A stretch of DNA of 64,000 nucleotides from an uncultured Gammaproteobacteria bacterium (lineage in GTDB: Bacteria; Patescibacteriota; Patescibacteriia; UBA1558; GWA2-36-10), in the NCBI GenBank assembly GCA_964540095.1, contig CAZILH010000001.1, positions 2,552 through 66,551 on the forward strand, in the 5' to 3' direction. The notes under the pieces were generated by a model. The model saw nothing but the letters and a program-made list of their open reading frames with translations, did no database searches and had not been told where the DNA came from. Below are positions 18,972 through 28,880 of the stretch, piece by piece. Made by a program: the position numbers and the translations under genes. Position 1 is the stretch's first letter, and every line of letters starts with the position of its first letter.

Positions 18972-19035
18972 CTCCTTGAGCTCCTTGCCCGCGCTACACA
19001 CGCCGGATAAGGAGCTTATTTTATTTTTAAAAAAT

Positions 19036-21540
19036 TTATTTTTTCTTTTTTAGCTTAGTAGTCAACACATAAAAAATACTTATTACTAAAAATCCCAGCA
19101 AGACAAATTTTAATATTTTTTTGGCTTGTGAGGATCCCTGATTGGCTTCCACCGTACTAGTGCTATTAGTGCTTGTTGAAATTTTTTCGCCCAAAACTTT
19201 TTGCTCCATTTGTAAATCACTTTTATCAAAAACATCCAGACGCACTACTTTTTCATCAAACTGCAATAAGCCACTAGCAATCACTTCAGTGCCTTTGTCT
19301 AGCTTTAAATCCTTGGTGTCAAACTTAAGACTCAGGCGCAAATTATATTCTTGATCAACATCATCAGCTAAATAAATATTTTTGCCATTTTTTTTGACCA
19401 CTACTCCGCGCGCAATCACTAATTGCCCGTTATGTTCTTCATTGAGATCTGTGCTGTCTATAATCTCTGGCTTAACTATTTCCTGGTCACCTTCTAAAAT
19501 ACTTATTTCCTGATCACTGGCAATTTTTACTCTGGGCCAGGGATCAACTCTGGTAATTTTGCCAGATAAATAAATTGCGTCGCCTCTTTTATACTTGGCA
19601 AAATCTAAAGCACCGTAGACCTCAACTAAACGATTTTCATAATCTAACAAATATAATATTTTATTATTCTGGCCCCAAACCGTGGCTGTAATATTTCTAT
19701 TTTCTCCTTTTTTATATTCCAAGTTTTCACTAGCCGCCTGGAGAGTGTTCGCAATGTTTGCTTGCTCCGGACTTGGGCTTTCACTAACAAACCATTCGTT
19801 ATTGGCTAAGTCCCAAGCATAGGACTGACCCTCGGGGATTTTTTCATATTTTACTTCTTGCCAAACTTCATTCAATGGTGTAAGTAGGCGTACGCTGTCT
19901 ATGGTGTTGTTCAAAGTAATTTGACTGGTATTTCTATCAATCACCAAAAAACTGCCAGCTGAAATAATCGTGCTAGTGGCAAAAACATACGACTTACTGC
20001 CACCCTCCTCATCGTCTAATTGCCAGCCAAGTAAATCAATGTTTTTGGCGCTGACGTTGTATAGTTCTATCCACTCACCATCATCATTGCCAACTGGATT
20101 GGGCAACAATTCGGTGATTAACAAATCTTCTGTTCTAAAATCTATGGACTTAACATCGGCTAACTTCAAGTCAACTGCTTTATTTTCCACAACAATATTT
20201 TTGGTGACTTCATTGCTTAGTCCAGTAGAATCAGTGACTTTTAATTTAACCAAATAATTACCCGCTTTTTCGTAGACGTGATTTTCTTTGGCCTCATCGC
20301 CATTTTGATTATCGCCAAAATCCCAAAAATACTTTAACTCCCCTTCTTCAGGATCGGTGGATTCAGCACCTGAAAAAATTATTTTTGTATTAGCAAAAAA
20401 TTTATCACCTTCGATTTTTAGCACAGCTTGCGGCGCTTGATTCTCTGGCAAGACATTGGCCTGGCCAGGTGTAGGACTTGGCGTCCAAGCCAATGACCCA
20501 TTTATCAAGGCCCAGCTCTTGCCCTCTGGCGCCGAAGCATCATAAACAGCGCTATCTAATATATTGTTGTCTGGCGAATAAACTTTCACACTATCACCGC
20601 CAGTGTTATTCAAAGATATTTTTGTTTGATTTTTGTAGAGTACCAAATACGAGTTGCCAGCCAAAAGCAAACCCTGCCCAATAGTATATTGTCCGGCCGA
20701 ATTGTCCTGCACCTTGAAGCCAGACAGATCAACTGTGTTTTGTCCTTGATTAAATAATTCTATCCATTCAGCGTCGTCACTGCCCACTGGATTGGGCAAC
20801 AACTCTGATATTTTTATTTGTGACCAATAATTAGTCGGCACTCTGGTGCCACTACTAACCGGCGCTTCGGGAGCTGGCGTCTCCGGCTCCTCATCAGCCG
20901 GTGGATCGTCACCATCGCCACCATCATCTGGCGGTAAAGGTGGTAGGTCTGTGCCTTGACTTTTCACTGCGCCCGGAGTGCCACCCAAGACAAAGCTCTC
21001 TTGCCAGTTACTCACTGCACTTTCTTGCGTCAAATTTATTTTTTCTAGTGTTTTGCCATTGCCACTTGCGCCCCAAGTAGAATCATAAATAGCGCTGATA
21101 CTTTGAGTTTGACCGCCATCAAAACTCAAAGCAATGGTACTGCTAGAATTACCCAAGCTCATGACTGTGTCAAAAACCGCTAAGGCAAATCCCGGATGCT
21201 CAGTCAAAAAATTCTGCGCATCAGAGGCAATGATAAAATATTCGCTCACGGCAATAGTACTGGTGCCATTGACCAAATTCAAAATATGATTTGAGCCATC
21301 AAAAAAACGCCAAGTATCAGCACCCGACCCAGTTAAAACTTCTACGGCTTCTGAGCCACCATTGTAGACCTCAATCCACTCACGACCACTATCTGATCCA
21401 TCCAAATCGTACATGATTTCAGAAATCACCAAGTCGCTACTCCCTGCTTGAATGGTCTGCGGACAAAGCAAAACAAATATTAAAATAACAAGCGCCCAAA
21501 GGGCGACCGCCCTTTGGGCGGAAATCGCTTTTCTTTTCAT
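19036..21540 (-). CDS. large surface protein with three lamin-tail domains (LTD), a PKD-like domain and C-terminal TM anchor
   Basis: Signal peptide; three repeats of the LTD signature (ISEIMY..GSD..EWIELYN); YFWDFGDNQNGDEAKENHVYEKAGNYLVKLKVTD PKD-like motif; C-terminal hydrophobic helix plus KKKK. Confidence 0.75.
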   Translation of the reverse strand: MKRKAISAQRAVALWALVILIFVLLCPQTIQAGSSDLVISEIMYDLDGSDSGREWIEVYNGGSEAVEVLTGSGADTWRFFDGSNHILNLVNGTSTIAVSEYFIIASDAQNFLTEHPGFALAVFDTVMSLGNSSSTIALSFDGGQTQSISAIYDSTWGASGNGKTLEKINLTQESAVSNWQESFVLGGTPGAVKSQGTDLPPLPPDDGGDGDDPPADEEPETPAPEAPVSSGTRVPTNYWSQIKISELLPNPVGSDDAEWIELFNQGQNTVDLSGFKVQDNSAGQYTIGQGLLLAGNSYLVLYKNQTKISLNNTGGDSVKVYSPDNNILDSAVYDASAPEGKSWALINGSLAWTPSPTPGQANVLPENQAPQAVLKIEGDKFFANTKIIFSGAESTDPEEGELKYFWDFGDNQNGDEAKENHVYEKAGNYLVKLKVTDSTGLSNEVTKNIVVENKAVDLKLADVKSIDFRTEDLLITELLPNPVGNDDGEWIELYNVSAKNIDLLGWQLDDEEGGSKSYVFATSTIISAGSFLVIDRNTSQITLNNTIDSVRLLTPLNEVWQEVKYEKIPEGQSYAWDLANNEWFVSESPSPEQANIANTLQAASENLEYKKGENRNITATVWGQNNKILYLLDYENRLVEVYGALDFAKYKRGDAIYLSGKITRVDPWPRVKIASDQEISILEGDQEIVKPEIIDSTDLNEEHNGQLVIARGVVVKKNGKNIYLADDVDQEYNLRLSLKFDTKDLKLDKGTEVIASGLLQFDEKVVRLDVFDKSDLQMEQKVLGEKISTSTNSTSTVEANQGSSQAKKILKFVLLGFLVISIFYVLTTKLKKKK

Positions 21541-21582
21541 ATTTAATTGTTAATTGTAATTATTGACTAAAAAAATTTATTT

Positions 21583-22098
21583 TTATCTAAAATAATTGTT
21601 AATTAATTCTTCTGTTTCTGTGCACTTTATAAATTCCGCATACCCCGGATCTTCTGGTTCTAGCATCCGCCCAGTACTACAAGCATCGGCCCATAATAAA
21701 TAATCTTTATAAGCGTGCTTTGGCCCAATAATACCGGCATTACAAAAAGCTTCTGGTTGAACTGTTAAAAAACTCAAAAATTTTTCATTGCTCCAATGAT
21801 AATAATTTGGAGTAATAATGGTCTTAATTCCCCCGGGCAAATCCAAACCCTTCATACTGCCACTCTCAGTGAGTTTTAAAAATTCATTAAACTCTTCATT
21901 GGGACAAGTCTTATCAAAAGATCTTTCTACTGGATTAGTTATTTCTTGATAGAGACTAAAATTTTCTATTTGTTTAATTATTGGGTTATTTTTTTTATTT
22001 GCTATAAAAAAATATAAGCCAACTAAAAACAATGGAATTAAAAATAAAATAATTAATAAATGCTTTTTATTTAATAAAAACATATTAAAAATCACCAC
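21583..22098 (-). CDS. hypothetical membrane-anchored protein
   Basis: N-terminal TM; AT-rich host-like composition; no motif. Confidence 0.4.
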   Translation of the reverse strand: MVIFNMFLLNKKHLLIILFLIPLFLVGLYFFIANKKNNPIIKQIENFSLYQEITNPVERSFDKTCPNEEFNEFLKLTESGSMKGLDLPGGIKTIITPNYYHWSNEKFLSFLTVQPEAFCNAGIIGPKHAYKDYLLWADACSTGRMLEPEDPGYAEFIKCTETEELINNYFR

Positions 22099-23105
22099 AT
22101 ATCAATTAAACTCCAATTAGCATATTTGTCCTCTCTTGTCCACGGCCAATAAACTCGCTTCGTGGAAATGTCCACTAAATGAAGTCCGCCAGCACCAGAA
22201 AAAATATAATATTTGTCATTGTTTGACCAAAAACCATCTATAAACATGCCCTCATTGTTTGTAAATAATAAATAATCTTTATCACTATCTATATCCCATA
22301 AAATAAACCGACAAAAATCAGTATTGTCACATTTCTGCTTAATAGCAAAATGACCATTGCTAGAAAGATGAAAGCCCAAATTATCTTCTGTCTTCTTGTC
22401 TTCTATTGCTCCAGAGGCCAAATCTAGTTTGCGTAAAAATGTATCTACTTCGTATAAAATTTTATTACCCTGTTTGGCAACCGTAAAGTACGGCCATAAA
22501 TTATCCACCAATTTATATTGAGTATTGCCATCATTCGTGACATATATAAAATCTTGCTGACCCTCCATGCCGCCCCGAACTAGGCCCATGATGTGAAAAT
22601 CTACTTTGCCAAAGTCATCAATACTCCCTACAATTTGATCATCTTTTTTGGCAAATGTTATTTGTTTTTTTTCGCTAGTATTATTAGTCAAATCAAAAAC
22701 CCAATAATACCTCCCTTCTTCTTTTCCTGTAAACAAAACCGTAAAGCGACCATTATTAGAAATGGAAAAGACCGGGTCGCCATCCTCTGGTGATAGCTTG
22801 TAAATTTCATTCTCACTGCGATTTAAGAGATTCCTAGCCAACAATGATCCATTTTTAATAAAATATAACAAATGTCTATCGGCATCCAACTCCACATCTG
22901 TTCGTTGATTAATGCTAACTTGATCAATTGTTTGACATTTATTATAAACGCATTGTTCCACCACAAAACCAACGGGGGTACTCCACAATCTGTAGTGTGG
23001 TTTCATAAATATTAGTTTTGTTCTGTCTTCAACTTTTTTTAAAAAAATAAAAGACCCACCAACTAAAATCAAACTTATTATCAAAATTATTATTTTTCTT
23101 TTCAT
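22092..23105 (-). CDS. hypothetical membrane-anchored protein (possible beta-propeller-like periplasmic domain)
   Basis: N-terminal TM; W/Y/D/G-rich repeats; no confident family. Confidence 0.4.
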   Translation of the reverse strand: MKRKIIILIISLILVGGSFIFLKKVEDRTKLIFMKPHYRLWSTPVGFVVEQCVYNKCQTIDQVSINQRTDVELDADRHLLYFIKNGSLLARNLLNRSENEIYKLSPEDGDPVFSISNNGRFTVLFTGKEEGRYYWVFDLTNNTSEKKQITFAKKDDQIVGSIDDFGKVDFHIMGLVRGGMEGQQDFIYVTNDGNTQYKLVDNLWPYFTVAKQGNKILYEVDTFLRKLDLASGAIEDKKTEDNLGFHLSSNGHFAIKQKCDNTDFCRFILWDIDSDKDYLLFTNNEGMFIDGFWSNNDKYYIFSGAGGLHLVDISTKRVYWPWTREDKYANWSLIDMW

Positions 23106-23140
23106 ATTTATAATTATAATATTATTGTAACATAAAATTA

Positions 23141-23176
23141 GTGCCGGACGGAGAGTGGGGACTCTCCGTCCGGACT
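23141..23176 (-). terminator. intrinsic terminator of GC-rich lipoprotein gene
   Basis: Perfect 12-bp stem ccggacggagag/ctctccgtccgg with tgggg loop. Confidence 0.6.
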
Positions 23177-23184
23177 TTCACGCA

Positions 23185-23808
23185 TCACCCACCAATCACG
23201 TAGTAGCAGGTGTAAAGTGACACCTGGGACTCGAAGGTGGAAAAAGAAACGAAGCGTTCACGAACATAGTTCGTGGCAACCCAGTTGCTTTCGATGATGT
23301 TCATGCCAGCCGAACCAGTCGCCGTCACAATGAATGTGTGTGGTGTGACGCCCTTGGACGTTTTCCAGTTGGTTTGCACGATGCAACCAGGAAAAACCGT
23401 CCTGATGTTGCCTAGGGGCCTCAGATAGGGACTGCTGGCGAAATACCAGCCACTGGCATTCGGGAGTGTGCTGGGCAAGTTCACCACATTCCGCGAGGCA
23501 GCCAAGACAACGGCACGAGCCCAATCCTTGCAGTTCAGGCCAACGTAACGCCCGTTGTCCACCCACGCCCTCTCAATGATCGCCTGATTCCGCGTAGCCT
23601 GACTCAAGCCACGCCACCACGCCTTGTCGGCGGCAGTCGGAATCGCCTTATCCACCTGCCCACTGGGAACATCCGGGTTCTCTCCGCCCGGCTGAACACT
23701 CGTGGTCGGAGCCGTGACCATCGGCTCCTCCCCATCACAGCCCGCCATCCAGGACAGCAGGCCCAGGGCCAGCAGTACGCTGACCAGCAAACTCACTCTG
23801 CTCTTCAT
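23185..23808 (-). CDS. GC-rich cassette: lipoprotein of unknown function
   Basis: Signal peptide with lipobox LSWMAGC; GGAGGA RBS; about 60% GC. Confidence 0.5.
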   Translation of the reverse strand: MKSRVSLLVSVLLALGLLSWMAGCDGEEPMVTAPTTSVQPGGENPDVPSGQVDKAIPTAADKAWWRGLSQATRNQAIIERAWVDNGRYVGLNCKDWARAVVLAASRNVVNLPSTLPNASGWYFASSPYLRPLGNIRTVFPGCIVQTNWKTSKGVTPHTFIVTATGSAGMNIIESNWVATNYVRERFVSFSTFESQVSLYTCYYVIGG

Positions 23809-24044
23809 GACAAGTCCTCCAATGAAAAAGACCTAGGAACAAACACGCGTCTGACTCTTGAGGGTAGTGGCAAAAATAAACCTCCTTTGTTGTAAAGAAC
23901 AAGTGCTCGCTCTTTTACCCTCACAAAAAATTGAGCCAGCTAAAAACTTTCGCTTTTCTTAGCTTGGACAAGGCCCGAAAGATACAGGCAAACTTTTTAG
24001 GCCTTGCTCCAAGATAAAAAAATATCTTAAAAAATTATGATAAA

Positions 24045-24458
24045 TTAATTATCTTCTTCAATTTGAATTTCCTCGATATCAATTTCTTCTTCCTTGGCGT
24101 TTTCGTCGCCTTTGGATTCCTTCTTTTGACTGCCACCGAGCATGATCAGATCAGAAGCCACAATCTCGGTCATATATTTTTTGACCTTATTCTTGTCTTC
24201 CCAAGATCTGTTCTGCAGACGGCCTTCGATGAAAACTTTGGAGCCCTTTTTCAAATAGGCGGTGATTATTTCGGCCAAATGTCCCCAAGCCACTACGCGG
24301 TGAAACTCGGCTCGATTCTTTTTTTCCTTGGTTTTGGCATCGCGCCACACATAATTGGTGGCCAAGGTCATGGTGGCTACCGCTTGCCCGCTGGGCAAAT
24401 TCTTGCTGATCGGATCTTTGGTAATGTTGCCGATCATACTAACCTTGTTTAGGTCCAT
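24045..24458 (-). CDS. ssb: single-stranded DNA-binding protein
   Basis: OB-fold SSB N-terminus (MIGNITKDP...ATNYVWRD...FHRVVAWG), Gly/acidic tail. Confidence 0.85.
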   Translation of the reverse strand: MDLNKVSMIGNITKDPISKNLPSGQAVATMTLATNYVWRDAKTKEKKNRAEFHRVVAWGHLAEIITAYLKKGSKVFIEGRLQNRSWEDKNKVKKYMTEIVASDLIMLGGSQKKESKGDENAKEEEIDIEEIQIEEDN

Positions 24459-24557
24459 ATCGCTTTTCCTTTCTTTGCCTGCCGTTTTCCGACAGAATAA
24501 TTATTAAAGTCAAACCAAAAACCCCTATTTAACCCATGCCAAAATAGGGGTAAGTGG

Positions 24558-24690
24558 ATTGACAAAAATGATTATTTATTTTAGAATCTAAATTGAGGTT
24601 AACCATTCCTTCAGGGGATATGGCAATCTCAAAATCGCTTTTCTTAACAAAGTCCCGCCCATAAAGCGGGGTTTTGTTTTTTATATAAAA
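24558..24690 (+). ncRNA. orphan promoter-terminator unit (about 95-nt transcript), candidate sRNA
   Basis: TTGACA-17-TAGAAT promoter at 24558-24586; nested stems ttgag/ctcaa; terminator cccgcc-cataaa-gcggg plus gttttgtttttt; no plus-strand ORF. Confidence 0.3.
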
Positions 24691-24857
24691 TAAATAATCG
24701 TAAAAAATGTTATTAATCCAGGTGGATTTAGCAGAAAAATTTGTTTTATTGTTAAAAATATAAAACATATCTTGGCTTTTCTTATAGCCGTCTATAAAAA
24801 CAATGACGGCTTACTCTGCCGTCATCTTAGCACTCGATATTTTGTTGTCAAGACCTA

Positions 24858-25454
24858 TTATAAATATTTTCCCAAAAAACTGCGCCGATGCAGTGGGCAT
24901 AAGCCGTGTTCTTTTATTAGGCGCAAATGCTCTTTGGTGCCATAGCCCTTATGTTGATCAAAATTATAGGCTGGAAATTCTTTGTGCCAATCAGTCATTA
25001 GTTGGTCACGAAACACTTTGGCAATAATTGAGGCGGCGGCAATTTCTTCATGCACACTTTCGCCGTGTTGGAAAAATTCAAGTTTAGTGTCTGGCCAATA
25101 TTTTTTGGCTGCGCCCACATAGTCAGCTACAATATTTATTTCTCCATGATTGATGTTGATAATTTTTTTTAATAAATCATTAAGCGCTTCTTGCATGACC
25201 AAAATATTAACCATTTGAATACCGCGCTGATCAATGATCTGACTATCAATTATTTTAATACTAAACAAAAAATTTTCCACTATCAACTCACTTAAAGCTT
25301 CTCTTTTTTTCTGAGACAACAATTTGGAATCCCGAACTTGCTTTAAAATATTTTTTTGCTCTTCCGAACCCATAGAAAAAACTGCCGCCCCGACAATCGG
25401 CCCAGCTACCGGTCCCCTACCCACTTCGTCAATGCCAATTTTGTATTTAGCCAT
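24858..25454 (-). CDS. rnhB: ribonuclease HII
   Basis: IGIDEVGRGPVAGPIVGAAV N-terminal RNase HII signature. Confidence 0.9.
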   Translation of the reverse strand: MAKYKIGIDEVGRGPVAGPIVGAAVFSMGSEEQKNILKQVRDSKLLSQKKREALSELIVENFLFSIKIIDSQIIDQRGIQMVNILVMQEALNDLLKKIININHGEINIVADYVGAAKKYWPDTKLEFFQHGESVHEEIAAASIIAKVFRDQLMTDWHKEFPAYNFDQHKGYGTKEHLRLIKEHGLCPLHRRSFLGKYL

Positions 25455-25543
25455 ATTTATATATTATACTTTTTTGACATAAAAAAGAAATGCCAGCTAT
25501 ACTTCTTGTGATGCACCAGAACCTAACAAATAGGGAGGTGGTC

Positions 25544-26047
25544 ATGGGACAACAACTCAAAGCCAAAATGGTGGTTTTTGAAAAACCGCAAATCGACGGT
25601 TTCGATTCAGAATGTTGGCTTGAGGGCATTTCAGTACTTACTCTTCCTCTCTTCTATTTTCTGGAACACGGGTGTGTCTTACCACAAGAAACCCAGCAAA
25701 ACGATTGCTCCTACATACACCCCTACTTCCAGATCCGAGAGACAAGAATAGAAGAGAACTGCCCCGTTGATGAGGCAATGGAGGCAGAAGGCGAAGAGTT
25801 GGACATGTCTCTAGCTGACCGAGATGTTGATTGGAAAGAACATGATGCTTTGGAAAGGCAATTTGATCTTGAAAATGAAGCTGGAACAGATGGCTTTGTA
25901 ATTATCACTTTGCCAAAATCAATCCTTTCCCTGACACCTTGGGATGCCCCCTGTGAAAACGAGGAAGAAATGCTGTGGGGCTTTGACCTCACTGCCAGCG
26001 ACATCCCTCGCACACCCATAACCTGCCAATACAGCAGGTACTCCTAA
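25544..26047 (+). CDS. moderately GC-rich cassette: acidic hypothetical protein
   Basis: GGGAGGTGG RBS before ATG at 25544; about 47% GC; strong terminator caccccgcgg...gcggggtg plus T-run at ~26052-26085. Confidence 0.45.
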   Translation: MGQQLKAKMVVFEKPQIDGFDSECWLEGISVLTLPLFYFLEHGCVLPQETQQNDCSYIHPYFQIRETRIEENCPVDEAMEAEGEELDMSLADRDVDWKEHDALERQFDLENEAGTDGFVIITLPKSILSLTPWDAPCENEEEMLWGFDLTASDIPRTPITCQYSRYS

Positions 26048-26093
26048 AACACCCCGCGGACAATTCTGCGGGGTGTTCACTTTTTTATTAATT

Positions 26094-27317
26094 TTACTTG
26101 CTCATGGCTTCAGCTATCCGCTCAATAGCCAATACAAAAGCCGCTGTTCGATAATCTATTTTTTTCTCCTTGGCTATGTCAAAAACTTTTTGCCAAGCAT
26201 TAATCATTTTGTCTTTGAGCTTGGTATTTACTTCTTCCTCACTCCAATATTGGTCAGCTTTGTTTTGCAACCACTCAAAATAAGAAACAGTCACGCCACC
26301 GGCATTAGCCAAAACATCAGGTATTAGCTCCACCCCTTTAGCAAACAATATTTCGTCGGCCTCGGGCGTAGTTGGGCCATTGCCCATTTCCAAAATCACC
26401 TTGGCCTTGATGCTTGGCGCATTGTCGGCTGTAATTTGATTTTCCAAAGCTGCTGGTACCAAAACATCAAGCTCTAAGGCAAAAAATTCTTCCAAAGAAA
26501 TTTCTTTGGTGTTGGGCAAATCGTTCAATGATTGTTTATTTTTTTTGCGCTCCAAAATCTCTGGGATATTGAGCCCGCTTTCGCTGTAAATAACATTTTT
26601 AGAATCAGCCACAGCCACCACCTTGTAGCCCTGCTCAAATAGCGCCTTGGCTATACCACCACCCACATTACCAAGACCCTGTATGGCTACTGACATTTTT
26701 TGTTCTTCCCAAGATCTTTTATTGACTAAATCATTCAAGACTATCATCCCGCCACTAGCCGTGGCCTGATCTCTGCCCTTAGAACCACCCATATCCAGTG
26801 GCTTACCAGTGACCACTCCCAGTTGTTTTTCACCAACTAATTTTGAATATTCGTCAGCCATCCAAGCCATTGTTTGAGGGTTGGTGTAAACATCTGGCGC
26901 TGGGATGTCTTTGTCTGGCCCAATCACATCCTGAAAAGCCCGAACCCAAGCGCGAGAAATTTTTTCCAATTCATTGACGCTCAATGACTTGGTGTCTATC
27001 ACTACTCCGCCCTTGGCTCCGCCCATAGGTATATCAACTACGGCTGTTTTGATGCTCATCCAAAAAGCCAAGGCCTTGACCTCATTGATATCGACTTGCG
27101 AATGAAAACGAATACCTCCTTTGTATGGACCACGAGCGTTGTTGTACTGCACACGATAACCCTCATATATTTCCAAAGTGTTGTCGTCTTTTTTTATGGC
27201 CAAATTAGCCGTGATTATTTTATCGGGCACGCTTAGTTTTTTCAATATTTCCGGACTCAATTTAATTATAGCAGCTGCTTTTGTCAGCTGTTGTAAAGCA
27301 TTATCAAATGGATTCAT
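26094..27317 (-). CDS. gdhA: Glu/Leu/Phe/Val dehydrogenase (glutamate dehydrogenase)
   Basis: Catalytic DIPMGGAKGGV motif and Rossmann GLGNVGG. Confidence 0.9.
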   Translation of the reverse strand: MNPFDNALQQLTKAAAIIKLSPEILKKLSVPDKIITANLAIKKDDNTLEIYEGYRVQYNNARGPYKGGIRFHSQVDINEVKALAFWMSIKTAVVDIPMGGAKGGVVIDTKSLSVNELEKISRAWVRAFQDVIGPDKDIPAPDVYTNPQTMAWMADEYSKLVGEKQLGVVTGKPLDMGGSKGRDQATASGGMIVLNDLVNKRSWEEQKMSVAIQGLGNVGGGIAKALFEQGYKVVAVADSKNVIYSESGLNIPEILERKKNKQSLNDLPNTKEISLEEFFALELDVLVPAALENQITADNAPSIKAKVILEMGNGPTTPEADEILFAKGVELIPDVLANAGGVTVSYFEWLQNKADQYWSEEEVNTKLKDKMINAWQKVFDIAKEKKIDYRTAAFVLAIERIAEAMSK

Positions 27318-27326
27318 TTTTTTGGT

Positions 27327-28268
27327 TTATTTACTCCAGTCCGGACCAGAGACCTGGCCTTTCTGAAGATATTTATAAGCTTGTAAGGCGGCTTTGGCTC
27401 CTTCGCCAGCCGAGATAACCACCTGTTTGTAGGCAATCTGAGAAATGTCGCCAGCCGCAAATATGCCCGGCACATTGGTTTCACAATCAGCGTTGATTCT
27501 GATCTCGTGCAATTCGGTCAGGTCCAGTAGATCTTTGACCCAATCGGTTTTGGCGATATGACCAATTTCCACAAATACGCCATCAACTTTTATTTCTTTG
27601 CTTTCATTTTTTGATTCGTAGACCAAGCTTTCTACTTTTGCACTGCCTTTTATTTCTTTAGTGACAGCTTCGAATATTATTTCTACTTTAGGGTCGCGAC
27701 TTACCCGCTGAATCAAGACATCCTCACCTTTTAGTTTTGGCTGGCGCACCAAAAGATAAACCTTGGCTACAATTTTACTCAAGTATTCAGCCGCATCCAT
27801 GGCGGAATTTCCTCCACCAACTACGACCACTGTTTTGCCTTTGTATAGCGGGCCATCGCAAGTAGCACAATAAGCCACTCCTCGACCAGCCAGCTCTTTT
27901 TCACCAGGCACATCTAGATTCCTGGGGGTCAGGCCAAAGGCCATAATTATTGCTTTGGTTTCTAGTTGTTTCCCGTCGGCTAGTTGTAATACGAAGTTGT
28001 CATCTTTTTTTTCCACACCAACTACTTCACTCAAAACCAATTCTGCCCCACTCTTTTCGGCCTGCGTTAGCATTTTTTGACCCAAAGTCGGTCCATCAAT
28101 TTCCTCATAGCCGGGATAATTTTCAATGCTGTTGGTCAAAGCCATCTGACCGCCAACGTCCATGGAAACAATCAGGGTCTTGAGAGCTCTCCGCGCCGCA
28201 TAAATAGCCGCGGTCAGCCCAGCTGGTCCGCCACCAACAACCACCAGATCGTATTTGTTGTCCGTCAT
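27327..28268 (-). CDS. trxB: thioredoxin-disulfide reductase
   Basis: VVVGGGPAGLTAA FAD motif, CATCDG redox-active site, GGGNSA NADPH motif. Confidence 0.9.
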   Translation of the reverse strand: MTDNKYDLVVVGGGPAGLTAAIYAARRALKTLIVSMDVGGQMALTNSIENYPGYEEIDGPTLGQKMLTQAEKSGAELVLSEVVGVEKKDDNFVLQLADGKQLETKAIIMAFGLTPRNLDVPGEKELAGRGVAYCATCDGPLYKGKTVVVVGGGNSAMDAAEYLSKIVAKVYLLVRQPKLKGEDVLIQRVSRDPKVEIIFEAVTKEIKGSAKVESLVYESKNESKEIKVDGVFVEIGHIAKTDWVKDLLDLTELHEIRINADCETNVPGIFAAGDISQIAYKQVVISAGEGAKAALQAYKYLQKGQVSGPDWSK

Positions 28269-28274
28269 AAAAAA

Positions 28275-28598
28275 TTATAGTTGTTTATTAATTTTTTCTA
28301 ACAAAACATTTTTGGACTGCATGCCCACCATGTCCTCTACTACTTTTCCGTTCTTAAAAATTTTTAAAGCCGGTATGGACATTATTTCAAATTCTTGGGA
28401 CTTAAGTTGGTTTTCTTCGACATTAAGCTTGGCGATTTTTATATTGCTTTTGTCTTTGAACTCTTCGGCCAACTGATCAATGATTGGTCCTTGCATTTTG
28501 CAAGGCATACACCACGAGGCCCAAAAATCTACCAAGGCCACTCCCTCAAATTTTTTTATTTCTTGATCAAAATTTTGATCGTTTAATTCTAGCGCCAT
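28275..28598 (-). CDS. trxA: thioredoxin
   Basis: WASWCMPCK (WCxxC) active site; about 107 aa. Confidence 0.9.
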   Translation of the reverse strand: MALELNDQNFDQEIKKFEGVALVDFWASWCMPCKMQGPIIDQLAEEFKDKSNIKIAKLNVEENQLKSQEFEIMSIPALKIFKNGKVVEDMVGMQSKNVLLEKINKQL

Positions 28599-28616
28599 AA
28601 ATTTAAAAATTAATTA

Positions 28617-28880
28617 TTAACTGGTCTTAAATAATATTTCTATTAATTTATTTAATTCTTTTTTCTTGTTTTTGCTTCCTGACTGATAACAGCCGTTCAC
28701 CTTGTCAGTGATCAGTAAGCGCGTGACTGAGTCCAGCGAAGCGCGCGCGGCCATAACAACTCGCACCACTTCTTCCACTTCTCTTTTTTCGCCGTACATT
28801 TTTTCAATCGCGCGAATCTGACCCTCAATACGATGAAGTTGGGAATATATTTTTTGTGGATGACAAACTTGTTTGCTCAT
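28617..28880 (-). CDS. CsoR/RcnR/FrmR-family metal- or stress-sensing transcriptional repressor
   Basis: HRIEGQIRAIEKM core helix of the DUF156/CsoR family; about 87 aa. Confidence 0.7.
   Translation of the reverse strand: MSKQVCHPQKIYSQLHRIEGQIRAIEKMYGEKREVEEVVRVVMAARASLDSVTRLLITDKVNGCYQSGSKNKKKELNKLIEILFKTS

Noticed and set aside
24529-24768. 79-aa minus-strand ORF between ssb and rnhB
   Set aside because: Overlaps a plus-strand promoter-terminator unit, lacks RBS, odd Asn/Phe/Tyr-rich AT-driven composition; more likely non-coding
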